From: a virus | Lineage: Duplodnaviria; Caudoviricetes | Virus record (IMG/VR): IMGVR_UViG_3300023099_000120 | Location: 1 to 51,168 of that record | Strand: one strand, 5' to 3' | DNA: 51,168 nt | Part shown: in pieces, positions 18,549 to 26,503 of the stretch | How the letters are laid out: every line of letters begins with the position of its first letter | How positions within the stretch are numbered: the stretch's first letter is position 1 | Notes under the pieces: model-generated | Database searches by the model: none | What the model was told of the DNA's origin: nothing | The model's input: the letters and a program-made list of their open reading frames with translations, nothing else | Program-made: the position numbers and the translations under genes

Positions 18549-19262
18549 TTACTTTAATTCTTTTTGTAAGTTAGTGAGTATTTTTCCAAACGAATTATTG
18601 AAATTATCAAATTGATTCTGTGGAAACTCAGGAAAATCACCACTCCTTTTCTTCATATGCTCTACTACAAGATCAAAATATATAATAACTTCATTTAGAT
18701 CAATTACGAGCTGCTTAAATTCTTTAGCTGTGAAATCATATATAAATAAGTGTCCAAAACGATGATTAAATGTTAATAGAAAAACATGAAGATGTTTAAA
18801 TATCCTAGCTTTTTCTGCTAGTGCTTTTACTTTAGGGCCAAATTGTAGTTCAGGATAATGTAGGATCTCAATAAGTCCGGAAATATCATCATATAAATCA
18901 AAGAATATTTGATTTAGTGTAGGCAAATGGTCTGTTAACTTCTCATAGCTATCTATTCTCTTTAAAAGTAAAGTTACATTTTTATTTTCTTCACTTGACT
19001 GCTTGCTAACTGTATTGGTTAGAATGGCAAGAATTATTAAACTACTTAGTGAGACAAGTGTATTAATTGTTCCGCCAATGTAGTCACCAAATGTGCCCCA
19101 CACTGCTGAGTCATCAGATATTGGATGATCCCAAAAAGTTACAATATAAAATGCACCTGCAACTACTATAAATGATAAAGAAATAAGTGAGATTGTTACT
19201 AGTATATTTTTCTTAAAATAGTCAATCATAGGTTCTGGTTTATAGTTGTTGCAAACATACAT
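18549..19262 (-). CDS. Membrane protein with WGxFGDxxGG motif (as in the N-terminus of putative abortive-infection proteins)
   Basis: WGTFGDYIGGTINTL between two TM helices; TAATTTTG promoter at 19273-19280; start may be 19229. Confidence 0.7.
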   Translation of the reverse strand: MYVCNNYKPEPMIDYFKKNILVTISLISLSFIVVAGAFYIVTFWDHPISDDSAVWGTFGDYIGGTINTLVSLSSLIILAILTNTVSKQSSEENKNVTLLLKRIDSYEKLTDHLPTLNQIFFDLYDDISGLIEILHYPELQFGPKVKALAEKARIFKHLHVFLLTFNHRFGHLFIYDFTAKEFKQLVIDLNEVIIYFDLVVEHMKKRSGDFPEFPQNQFDNFNNSFGKILTNLQKELK

Positions 19263-19291
19263 TTTTTACATCAAAATTAATTTGTATTTTT

Positions 19292-19642
19292 ATGGAAAGA
19301 AATAGCGATATGGCAAATCACACACTCATATTATCAACAGCAAAAGTGGCAATTCCGGAAAGAGTTACAATCGACTTTATCACAAGTTTGATTAATCGCG
19401 GATTAACGGGGATAGAATATTTTGGACCAGAGATCGATAACCAAGAAGATTTTATTGAACCAGATATGAAACTAGCCAGTGAAGAGATCTCGTATTTCGA
19501 ATTCTTTTTTGATACTGAAGAACCAATCGAATATGATCTACTTTCAGAAAGTGACGTTGACGGTTTTGTCCTGGAAGTAATAAAAAAATCCGCTAACATT
19601 GATCTGCGAGCGGATGAAAAGGACATAACTATTCATCTATAA
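19292..19642 (+). CDS. Acidic hypothetical protein
   Basis: 116 aa, strongly D/E-rich. Confidence 0.7.
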   Translation: MERNSDMANHTLILSTAKVAIPERVTIDFITSLINRGLTGIEYFGPEIDNQEDFIEPDMKLASEEISYFEFFFDTEEPIEYDLLSESDVDGFVLEVIKKSANIDLRADEKDITIHL

Positions 19643-19649
19643 TTGAAAT

Positions 19650-19940
19650 ATGATCTACGAAAGAATTAAAGAAGAATTTATTAAAGAAATTGAAGAGCTC
19701 ATTCAAATAAAGAGAAAAGCTTTTGAAGGCTTAACAGGTGTAGAACTAGCTACTGCAAAATATCACTACTTGGAAGACTTTGATGATTATGTAAATGAAC
19801 TCAATATAAGAATTAATAAAAAGCTAGATGATCATAAAATTGATTTTGAAAGTCAAGAACAAGCTGATGATTTTCAAGTAGCATTTAAGCCCACTTTTGA
19901 TATGCTATATGAAGCATATACTGCTGGCTTAACAGTTTAA
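19650..19940 (+). CDS. Acidic helical hypothetical protein
   Basis: 96 aa, 7 nt after the previous gene. Confidence 0.7.
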   Translation: MIYERIKEEFIKEIEELIQIKRKAFEGLTGVELATAKYHYLEDFDDYVNELNIRINKKLDDHKIDFESQEQADDFQVAFKPTFDMLYEAYTAGLTV

Positions 19941-20461
19941 ATTTCTTCAAACTCATCGTATTCAAATTCATCCTCGCTAGGGTAATCAGGAATAAACACA
20001 AGTGGAATATCTAAATCGATTTGTGTAATAATTATCGCTTCTTCATATTTGGTAATTATCGGTTCCAGTAATGGTTTCAACTCAAAATGCTTGTCTTCAG
20101 ATTTTATAATCTGAGTTTCATTGTCGAGCCATTTTCCCTCTTTATTTTTAGCTTTCTGTACAACTTTTAAAATTTTGTTGTAAAGAATTTCAAGACACTT
20201 ATTGACGTGGTAATCCAAAACCTCAAATCCTTCTTCAAACAACTGAGTTGGATAACTGTAATTCGTCAATTCCATTCTGCTGTGTAGAAGCTGAGTGAAA
20301 TATTTTATATACAGTTGATTATCTATGTGTGCGTAATAATCTGTAGGATCATCGGATACTGGTCTTTTCATCTTTTCAGCTATCTTATCAAATACTTCTT
20401 GCTGCTTTGGGGTAAATGAGGATTTCTTTTCTTCCATGTTTATAATTTTATGCAGCTTCAA
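19937..20461 (-). CDS. Hypothetical protein in the SRAP operon
   Basis: Overlaps the SRAP stop; acidic tail. Confidence 0.75.
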   Translation of the reverse strand: MKLHKIINMEEKKSSFTPKQQEVFDKIAEKMKRPVSDDPTDYYAHIDNQLYIKYFTQLLHSRMELTNYSYPTQLFEEGFEVLDYHVNKCLEILYNKILKVVQKAKNKEGKWLDNETQIIKSEDKHFELKPLLEPIITKYEEAIIITQIDLDIPLVFIPDYPSEDEFEYDEFEEI

Positions 20462-21080
20462 AAGCCACTAATTTAGCTTCATAAGGAAATGCAAATCTAG
20501 ATACATCATTTGTAGGGTCAAGCCAAGCTTGCTCATCCTCTTTTCGAAGCATTACAGGCATCCTTTCTCTATTATTGTGAATGTATTTCATTAATTCGTT
20601 TGCTTCTGTCGTAACCATTGTATACGTCTTTAAACTTTCACCAGTTGACGGATTTAGCCAAGTATCATATAATCCTGCAAAACAGAAAATTTCATCGTTT
20701 TGAGAAAATATTTGATACTTTTCTTTCTTCTTCCCTTTGGGATCTAACCAACGCCATTCGTAATAGCCAGTCGCTATTATCAAACATCTATTTGACTTAA
20801 TGTTTCTATAAGAAGGTTTTGAATCAAGATCTTCTATTCTTGCATTTAGTTTGCCAGTTCTGAATTCTAACTGTTCAATACCTGCCCATGAAGGCATCAA
20901 GCCCCATGTAAAATCAGTTTGGACTTGATCGGGATCCGTATTTGTAATAATAGGAATGTTAGGATGATCAAATCCATTCACAAAAACACCTTCATAATAT
21001 TGGCCAGTATTGTTCACAGAAATATTAAAGCGGATCTTTACATCTCGGCGACTTCCTTTTTGATCTACATAGTAGCACAT
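20448..21080 (-). CDS. SRAP/HMCES (YedK-like) abasic-site crosslinking protein
   Basis: Met-Cys N-terminus, WGL.P.W, NAR.E, RCLI...GYYEW, FAGLY, IH..RMPV. Confidence 0.93.
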   Translation of the reverse strand: MCYYVDQKGSRRDVKIRFNISVNNTGQYYEGVFVNGFDHPNIPIITNTDPDQVQTDFTWGLMPSWAGIEQLEFRTGKLNARIEDLDSKPSYRNIKSNRCLIIATGYYEWRWLDPKGKKKEKYQIFSQNDEIFCFAGLYDTWLNPSTGESLKTYTMVTTEANELMKYIHNNRERMPVMLRKEDEQAWLDPTNDVSRFAFPYEAKLVAFEAA

Positions 21081-21104
21081 AAGCTTTATATTAGTAATAT
21101 AAAG

Positions 21105-21434
21105 TTAATCTTTTTTCACAATTATGTTATAACGCTCACAGTAGCTTTTTTCTGCTTCTTTCGGTTCTGGTGTCATTCCAAGTATATTTTTGTAATACTC
21201 ATTTATAGCATCGGTTTCTAATAGTACTTTATCAGCTCTAATCACAACTTTTAAACCAATGTTTTGTAACCATATAGCTAAGTCTCTATGAAGTTGTGGC
21301 TCGCGTAACATCCAAAAATCCCATTCGTTCTTATCAAATAATAGCTTGATTGCTTGGTATCCTTTTGTTGTATTATCAAATCCGGCTATCTTAATTATGT
21401 GCTCTGCTACGGCTTTTTTTTCTTCGCTATTCAT
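21105..21434 (-). CDS. Hypothetical protein, paralogue B
   Basis: Similar along its length to 21427..21744. Confidence 0.75.
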   Translation of the reverse strand: MNSEEKKAVAEHIIKIAGFDNTTKGYQAIKLLFDKNEWDFWMLREPQLHRDLAIWLQNIGLKVVIRADKVLLETDAINEYYKNILGMTPEPKEAEKSYCERYNIIVKKD

Positions 21435-21744
21435 CTTTTTTGATTTGAATATTTAAATTAAAGTCACTTGATATGGGTTGCAAGCCCATTACATTCTCGT
21501 AATATTTTACTATTATATCAGGAGTGATCATGATTCGGTCAAATCGCATTCCGCATTCGAAACGCAGAAACCAAAGTTCTTTTCTTAGTGAAACTAGATC
21601 GTCATAATTTACGTCGGTAAATAGTAGTTCGCCATCTTTAAATAGGCGCTGAATTAATTTATATTGCGGAGTTGCTGAGTGAAATCCGCACGCTTTGAGA
21701 AGGTGTACTTCAACTGCATTCTTTTCATCTGTTTTCATCGTCAT
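21427..21744 (-). CDS. Hypothetical protein, paralogue A
   Basis: First gene after the TAATTTTG -7 element at 21758-21765. Confidence 0.75.
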   Translation of the reverse strand: MTMKTDEKNAVEVHLLKACGFHSATPQYKLIQRLFKDGELLFTDVNYDDLVSLRKELWFLRFECGMRFDRIMITPDIIVKYYENVMGLQPISSDFNLNIQIKKDE

Positions 21745-21942
21745 TATTTTAGAAACGCAAAATTAATACAGATTATAACATAGTCGTTTGTATAGAGTGT
21801 TCTAAATTGGAACAATTGTTGAGAAGCGAGTAAAGATTGTTAATAAAAACAACGTTATAAAAAGTTAGCGTAAGATCTTTTTTGACGTATATTTGTAAAA
21901 AAGTTTGTTATAATGCATTTGAAATACATTATAATGTAAATG

Positions 21943-21980
21943 AAAAACCACCATACCAATTTAATTGATACAGTGGTTTA
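21943..21980 (-). terminator. Intrinsic terminator for the 59-aa ORF
   Basis: Minus strand AAACCACTGTATCAAT/ATTGGTATGGTGGTTT (with G-U pairs) ending in a T run. Confidence 0.65.
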
Positions 21981-22000
21981 CTAAATTCATTCATACGTTC

Positions 22001-22180
22001 TTACTTCTTTCTACGTTTTGATTCTCTTAGGAGCTTCCTTAATTCTTTTAAGGTTTTCCTAAACTGTTTCAAAGATTTAGAAGTTTTAAAAAATAATTCA
22101 GAAATTGAACTCAATTTCGGTCTAACACTACATACTGTAAGTAACAATAAATAATGCTCATGCATGTCGACTAACATCAT
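22001..22180 (-). CDS. Small basic amphipathic protein (59 aa; not in ORF track)
   Basis: MMLVDMHEHYLLLLTVCSVRPKLSSISELFFKTSKSLKQFRKTLKELRKLLRESKRRKK; own terminator; TAAGTTTG at 22301-22308. Confidence 0.6.
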   Translation of the reverse strand: MMLVDMHEHYLLLLTVCSVRPKLSSISELFFKTSKSLKQFRKTLKELRKLLRESKRRKK

Positions 22181-22218
22181 AGCTTTATTCTTTTAAGGTT
22201 AATTTAATTTGACCATCC

Positions 22219-22250
22219 AAAAACGAAGTTTCCGAGGCTTCGTTTTTTTT
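22219..22250 (+). terminator. Terminator hairpin within the leader of the 59-aa ORF
   Basis: AAAAACGAAG..CTTCGTTTTT with T8 on the + strand and T5 on the - strand. Confidence 0.7.
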
Positions 22251-22534
22251 ATGTCTTCTTGTGACTACAAAGATTGTCATTTATCGCTAAACATGAAAGC
22301 CAAACTTATGCACAATTCGACGTAGTTTTTAACAAAGGAGAAAAAATGAGATATTTTTCGGGCAATAACTAAGTTGTTGATATTGTGGTTTTTACAGTTT
22401 TAATATGTAGCTGTATTCCCGTAAAATATAGGCTTTTTATCATAAAAAGCAAGAAATTTTTAATTGTTTTTAAAGATTTATTTTTGAGTTAAAACTTTAT
22501 TTTTTGAGTTAAAAAACTGTTTGTGTAGCCGTAC

Positions 22535-22875
22535 TTAAGTGAACATATGTTTTACGATGTTTTTAAGCTCTTCGGCCACTTTTTTAAGCTCAAAATACCA
22601 ATCCTGACCAAAGCGGTGAATCAATGCTTCTTTGACAAATTTATAAACCGGAACTTCGAGTTCTTTACCTATAGAACGGGCATCATCGCAAATATCCCAT
22701 TTATCATAATTAACCGCAGCAAATTCTGTAAAGGCTTTTACACGAATTGGGTACAAATGACAAGAAACCGTTTTTTTCCAATCTACGATTCCTTGATTGT
22801 AAGCTTGCTCGATTCCGCAAAGTGTAGATTTTCCGTCAAAATTACAAACCCGCAATCTTTTTCTTCGATTAAGGG
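22535..22875 (-). pseudogene. Truncated, frameshifted 3' part of a host DUF3109-family gene
   Basis: PLIEEKDCGFVI / frameshift / FDGKSTLCGIEQAY...SCHLYPIRV...W.IC...VPVYKFVKEAL..RFG..WY; N-terminal half absent. Confidence 0.8.
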
Positions 22876-22907
22876 CTACAAGATATCTTCTTAGATAGTG
22901 GTTTTAC

Positions 22908-23114
22908 CTAATTGAAACAATCTAATTGTTTCGTGAGTTCTTTTATAAACGATATAAGATCCTGATAGTTTTTTTCGTTAAACGAATGCCTTTCATTTTT
23001 TCCGGTTTTTTTACTTCGGAATGTATCATACGAAATTCCCATTGCTTGAGCTGCTTTTACGCCAGACATCCCGAAATCATCAAGTACTTTGTTTATTTTT
23101 TCACCTGGTTCCAT
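22908..23114 (-). CDS. Small HTH protein
   Basis: GMSGVKAAQAMGISYDTFRSK; TAAATTTG promoter at 23139-23146. Confidence 0.7.
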   Translation of the reverse strand: MEPGEKINKVLDDFGMSGVKAAQAMGISYDTFRSKKTGKNERHSFNEKNYQDLISFIKELTKQLDCFN

Positions 23115-23181
23115 ATTGATATAATTATTACATTTACTGCAAATTTAATTTTAATAGTTAAGTTTCCTTTCTACAAAAGGT

Positions 23182-23211
23182 AAAACCTCTCCGATAAAGA
23201 GAGGTTTTTTT
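23182..23211. terminator. Terminator hairpin
   Basis: AAAACCTCTC/GAGAGGTTTT. Confidence 0.7.
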
Positions 23212-23220
23212 GTTTCCGGA

Positions 23221-23508
23221 CTATTCTATATATTTTCCGATCAATCTGTTTGCTGCTCCATACGGAGAGTAAATGATATCTTCGACCAAAAATAGCTTTG
23301 TGATATCTGGATTAGGAAAATCCCTGACCAGAACTTCTATCTTTGATCCAATATGTGGGACCGTTGCCATTTTGCAGACCAGGACCTTTTGTCCATTTTG
23401 AACCAATTGAATTTGAAAGCTCAATTCTTGATCAACGAAATCGATCAAAAATCCAGTTAATAGCCAATTGAAGAATCTCTTTTTAAATTTGTATGTTTTC
23501 TTTTTCAT
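23221..23508 (-). CDS. Hypothetical protein
   Basis: 95 aa ORF with A-rich start context. Confidence 0.65.
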   Translation of the reverse strand: MKKKTYKFKKRFFNWLLTGFLIDFVDQELSFQIQLVQNGQKVLVCKMATVPHIGSKIEVLVRDFPNPDITKLFLVEDIIYSPYGAANRLIGKYIE

Positions 23509-23561
23509 GATGTTTTAAGGTTTTTAAAGAGGAGCCTTTCGACTCCTCCGGATTAATTAAT

Positions 23562-23873
23562 TTAAAATAATTTAAAGTGACCATTGTCTTTGTGATACCA
23601 CTTCTTTGTTCCAGAATCGCCTTTTATTAAGAATCTGTAGCTATCAGTATTTAAGACTTCATACTCTTTTTCAAATGTTAGATTCTTAATACTTGCAGCG
23701 TGAACGTAAGTACATTTTACTTTGTCTCCTGGTTCTACTTCCTTTAAATTTCGGAACTTCTGAATTGCTTTATTTTCGATTATCTCTTTAATCTCTAGAG
23801 CTTCTAATCGAACTTGCTCATGATAAGCATTTACAATTCCAAGTGCTACTTGGTAAACTTCATTTGTAATCAT
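23562..23873 (-). CDS. Hypothetical protein with SH3-like C-terminus
   Basis: GDKVKC...LTFEKEYEV...IKGDSG...WY...F pattern. Confidence 0.7.
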   Translation of the reverse strand: MITNEVYQVALGIVNAYHEQVRLEALEIKEIIENKAIQKFRNLKEVEPGDKVKCTYVHAASIKNLTFEKEYEVLNTDSYRFLIKGDSGTKKWYHKDNGHFKLF

Positions 23874-23916
23874 TGTTTAAAATTTAGTTGTTAATAATTG
23901 TTTCAATTCTACCCTA

Positions 23917-23947
23917 CAAATATACGACGCAAAAATGTGTCGTACAA
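23917..23947 (-). promoter_or_regulatory. Promoter with an operator palindrome in the spacer
   Basis: TTG - 20 nt - TATATTTG on the minus strand; TACGAC-N10-GTCGTA at 23923-23944. Confidence 0.7.
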
Positions 23948-23962
23948 GAGATTTTGAAACTT

Positions 23963-24003
23963 TAACATATTGTGCAATAAAATAATATATTGTACTACTT
24001 TTG
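23963..24003 (+). promoter_or_regulatory. Packaging promoter, copy 1
   Basis: TAACATATTGTgcAATAAAATAATA then TACTTTTG at 23996. Confidence 0.7.
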
Positions 24004-24022
24004 TATTGTTAATAGAATCACT

Positions 24023-24646
24023 ATGAAGATTAATAATTTGACTGAAAAACAGGAAGCCTTCTCAAATGCCTACATAAGAATAGGTGTAGGCTCGGAAGCG
24101 TATAAAGAAGCTGGTTATTCGTATTCAAACAAAAGCGATAAGTCAATTCATGAAGCCGCATGTAGAGTGCTAAACAACAGCAAGGTACAAGCAAGGATAA
24201 AAGAATTGCAATCTGTTGTGGCCGAGATTGCCGAAAAAGAATTTAAGATCACATCAGAAGAAATGCTTCGTCATTTGAATATTCTTCGTAAAGCGAGAAT
24301 CGATGAATACGTTGAATATTATGAGTACGAAGTTCCGATCACCACTACAACCGGAACCGGTAAGAATAAGAGTGTCTCAACGACAATTGAAAAGAGGACC
24401 GAATTGAGATTAAAGACTTTCGATATACTGAGTGAAGAGCAAAAGATGTGTATTGAAGGCATTAAGCAAACCAAATACGGCATTGAGATTAAACTTCACG
24501 GTAAGGAGTGGAGTATTGAAAAGATCAATAAGCACATTGGATTCTATGAAAAGGATAATGATCAAAAGAAAGCAACTTTGGAAATTGTGAACCCGGAAGA
24601 TCGCGATGCCAGGATCGCTGCTTTAAAAGCAAAATTGCAAAGCTAA
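24023..24646 (+). CDS. terS: Terminase small subunit
   Basis: LTEKQE.F...Y......AY..AGYS...A...L....V..RI.EL HTH pattern; IEIKLHGK...KHIGFYE. Confidence 0.88.
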   Translation: MKINNLTEKQEAFSNAYIRIGVGSEAYKEAGYSYSNKSDKSIHEAACRVLNNSKVQARIKELQSVVAEIAEKEFKITSEEMLRHLNILRKARIDEYVEYYEYEVPITTTTGTGKNKSVSTTIEKRTELRLKTFDILSEEQKMCIEGIKQTKYGIEIKLHGKEWSIEKINKHIGFYEKDNDQKKATLEIVNPEDRDARIAALKAKLQS

Positions 24647-24673
24647 AGTCTTTCTGTTGCTTCATTAAAAAAG

Positions 24674-24714
24674 TAACATATTGTATAATAAAATAATAAT
24701 ATATGTTAGCTTTG
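24674..24714 (+). promoter_or_regulatory. Packaging promoter, copy 2
   Basis: TAACATATTGTatAATAAAATAATA then TAGCTTTG at 24707; same spacing as copy 1. Confidence 0.7.
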
Positions 24715-24739
24715 TAAGGTTAACCAAAAACATCATATC

Positions 24740-25009
24740 ATGAGTATAGAAATTGTAAATGGCCGTGTATTCGTAGAAGGAAAAGAAACTAGTGATCCGG
24801 CTTTAATCGGGTATGCGGTTTTGGATATGGCAGAAGAAAAACAAAATGTTGTGTTTCATAGCTTTCGCATAATCGTACAAGAAGATAAACCTCATGAGTC
24901 AGTTGTGAAAGCGGCTGAAAAGCTTATAAAAAGCCTGAAACCATTTAAGGATAAAAGATGTTGTGGATGTGGTGGCATAATTGGGCCAATGCAGCATAAA
25001 TGCAGATAA
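24740..25009 (+). CDS. Hypothetical protein
   Basis: Follows promoter copy 2; C-terminal CCGC...HKC. Confidence 0.65.
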   Translation: MSIEIVNGRVFVEGKETSDPALIGYAVLDMAEEKQNVVFHSFRIIVQEDKPHESVVKAAEKLIKSLKPFKDKRCCGCGGIIGPMQHKCR

Positions 25010-25012
25010 AAT

Positions 25013-25172
25013 TATGATCAAGATAATTCCCATAAGCAAAAGGCCAAATCACATCATCCTTACTGTTTTCGATAAGACAAACTATCACTATCATTTAAAT
25101 GATCTATCAACCAAAAACAAAATATCTGATGTTGGAGTCTGGAATATAAAGTATAAAGTAAATGAGAGATAA
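25013..25172 (+). CDS. Small hypothetical protein (start approximate)
   Basis: MIKIIPISKRPNH... inside track ORF 24981..25172; overlaps the next gene. Confidence 0.45.
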
Positions 25173-25521
25173 AAAAGCAAAGGTTGTTTATAATTCTTCT
25201 TTTAATGAAATTGATGAACCAATAATGAAAAAAGATATGAGTTTACTAACAGGAAAATGCGAGGTAACTTTTAAGAAATACATTCAAAATAAAATGTATT
25301 ATCTCGGAACTGAAAAATTAGGCATTTTGTTTTTAAGCGCACTTTATATTGAGTTCTTCGATTCAGTTGAAATCTATATAAGCATAAGAAGATATAACGG
25401 CGTTTTTGAGTGGAGAGTAAATCACAAAATAGGTCACTGTTACGGTGACACTTTAGAAAGACCAAAAGCAACATATGAGGCGATACATATGGCAAATGAT
25501 ATTTATAACAAACAAAATTAA
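25162..25521 (+). CDS. Hypothetical protein
   Basis: Packed ORF. Confidence 0.65.
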   Translation: MRDKKAKVVYNSSFNEIDEPIMKKDMSLLTGKCEVTFKKYIQNKMYYLGTEKLGILFLSALYIEFFDSVEIYISIRRYNGVFEWRVNHKIGHCYGDTLERPKATYEAIHMANDIYNKQN

Positions 25522-25523
25522 AT

Positions 25524-25967
25524 ATGAAATCAATCCACTTTAAAGAATCTACAATTGAATTAAAGAAGCCGGCTTCAATGACCGATAAGGAATGCAAAAG
25601 CCTACATGTTTATCAAAATCCTGACGGTTCCTGCGTTTCGTGTTGGACCGTTTCGTTTTTACAGCGTTTAAGATTTTTATTTCATGGGAAGATCTGGTTG
25701 GGAGTATGCTCGGGACAAACGCAGCCACCAGTATGGTTAGACTGTACTAAAACCGTGTTTAAACCAAAAGTCGATAAAAGATTGTTGTGGCTTGGAATCA
25801 TTAACACCTGGTTTATCCAATTTTTATTCATCAGAATATTTAGTAATCGGGAACAAGGTAGTCACACTCATTACGGGATATTATATTGGGTCTATCCGTT
25901 TACTGGATGGACATCGAACTATAAGATTATCGGCAAAGAGATTAAGTACAAACACTTTAATAAGTAG
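25524..25967 (+). CDS. Hypothetical phage protein
   Basis: C.SL.V....G.CVSCW...RLRFLF.GKIWL.V..G.TQPPV motif common in phages. Confidence 0.7.
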   Translation: MKSIHFKESTIELKKPASMTDKECKSLHVYQNPDGSCVSCWTVSFLQRLRFLFHGKIWLGVCSGQTQPPVWLDCTKTVFKPKVDKRLLWLGIINTWFIQFLFIRIFSNREQGSHTHYGILYWVYPFTGWTSNYKIIGKEIKYKHFNK

Positions 25968-25969
25968 CT

Positions 25970-26503
25970 ATGAAAGGATTCTTAGATATTGAGACAGGAG
26001 GTTTCTCGATTACCAAAAACGGAGTATGTGAGATTGCGTTGCTTGCAGTTGATGATAGTTTTAAGATCGTCGATACCTTTCATAAGTATATTAAACCTTA
26101 CACTAGAGAAGAATCTGACGAACTTGTATATTATCATCCTGATGCAATGAATATTAACGGCTTATCGCCGGAATATTTAAATAAGGTTGGAGAAGATGTC
26201 GGTTATGTTATGATCCAACTTTCTTATTTTATTATTAAACATAATATTACCGAAATAATTGGACATAATTCTAATCAATTTGATGTTCCAAGAATCGATT
26301 ATTTATTTAGAAGATTTTACCCAAATCAATTTACAGAAATTGGATTAAAGGATACTTTATTGATTGCGAAAGAACGGTTGGATCTTCCATCGTATAAGCT
26401 GGAACATCTTTGTCTACATTTCGGTATTCGCAATGAGCAAGCTCACTCTGCTGTAAGTGATGCCTTAGCAACTTTAGAACTATACAAAAAACTTATTGCT
26501 TAA
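25970..26503 (+). CDS. DEDDh 3'-5' exonuclease (DnaQ-like)
   Basis: LDIETGG, GHN..FD, DTL, H.A..DA. Confidence 0.92.
   Translation: MKGFLDIETGGFSITKNGVCEIALLAVDDSFKIVDTFHKYIKPYTREESDELVYYHPDAMNINGLSPEYLNKVGEDVGYVMIQLSYFIIKHNITEIIGHNSNQFDVPRIDYLFRRFYPNQFTEIGLKDTLLIAKERLDLPSYKLEHLCLHFGIRNEQAHSAVSDALATLELYKKLIA

Noticed and set aside
21790-21814. Third Fur-like box or a LexA box upstream of the SRAP operon
   Set aside because: Only a half-site matches, the spacing is 1 nt short, and it fits no LexA consensus I can vouch for; kept only as an unassigned inverted repeat
22547-23183. Plus-strand ORFs 22547..22894 and 22926..23183
   Set aside because: Antisense to the DUF3109 remnant and the HTH gene, which have recognisable motifs
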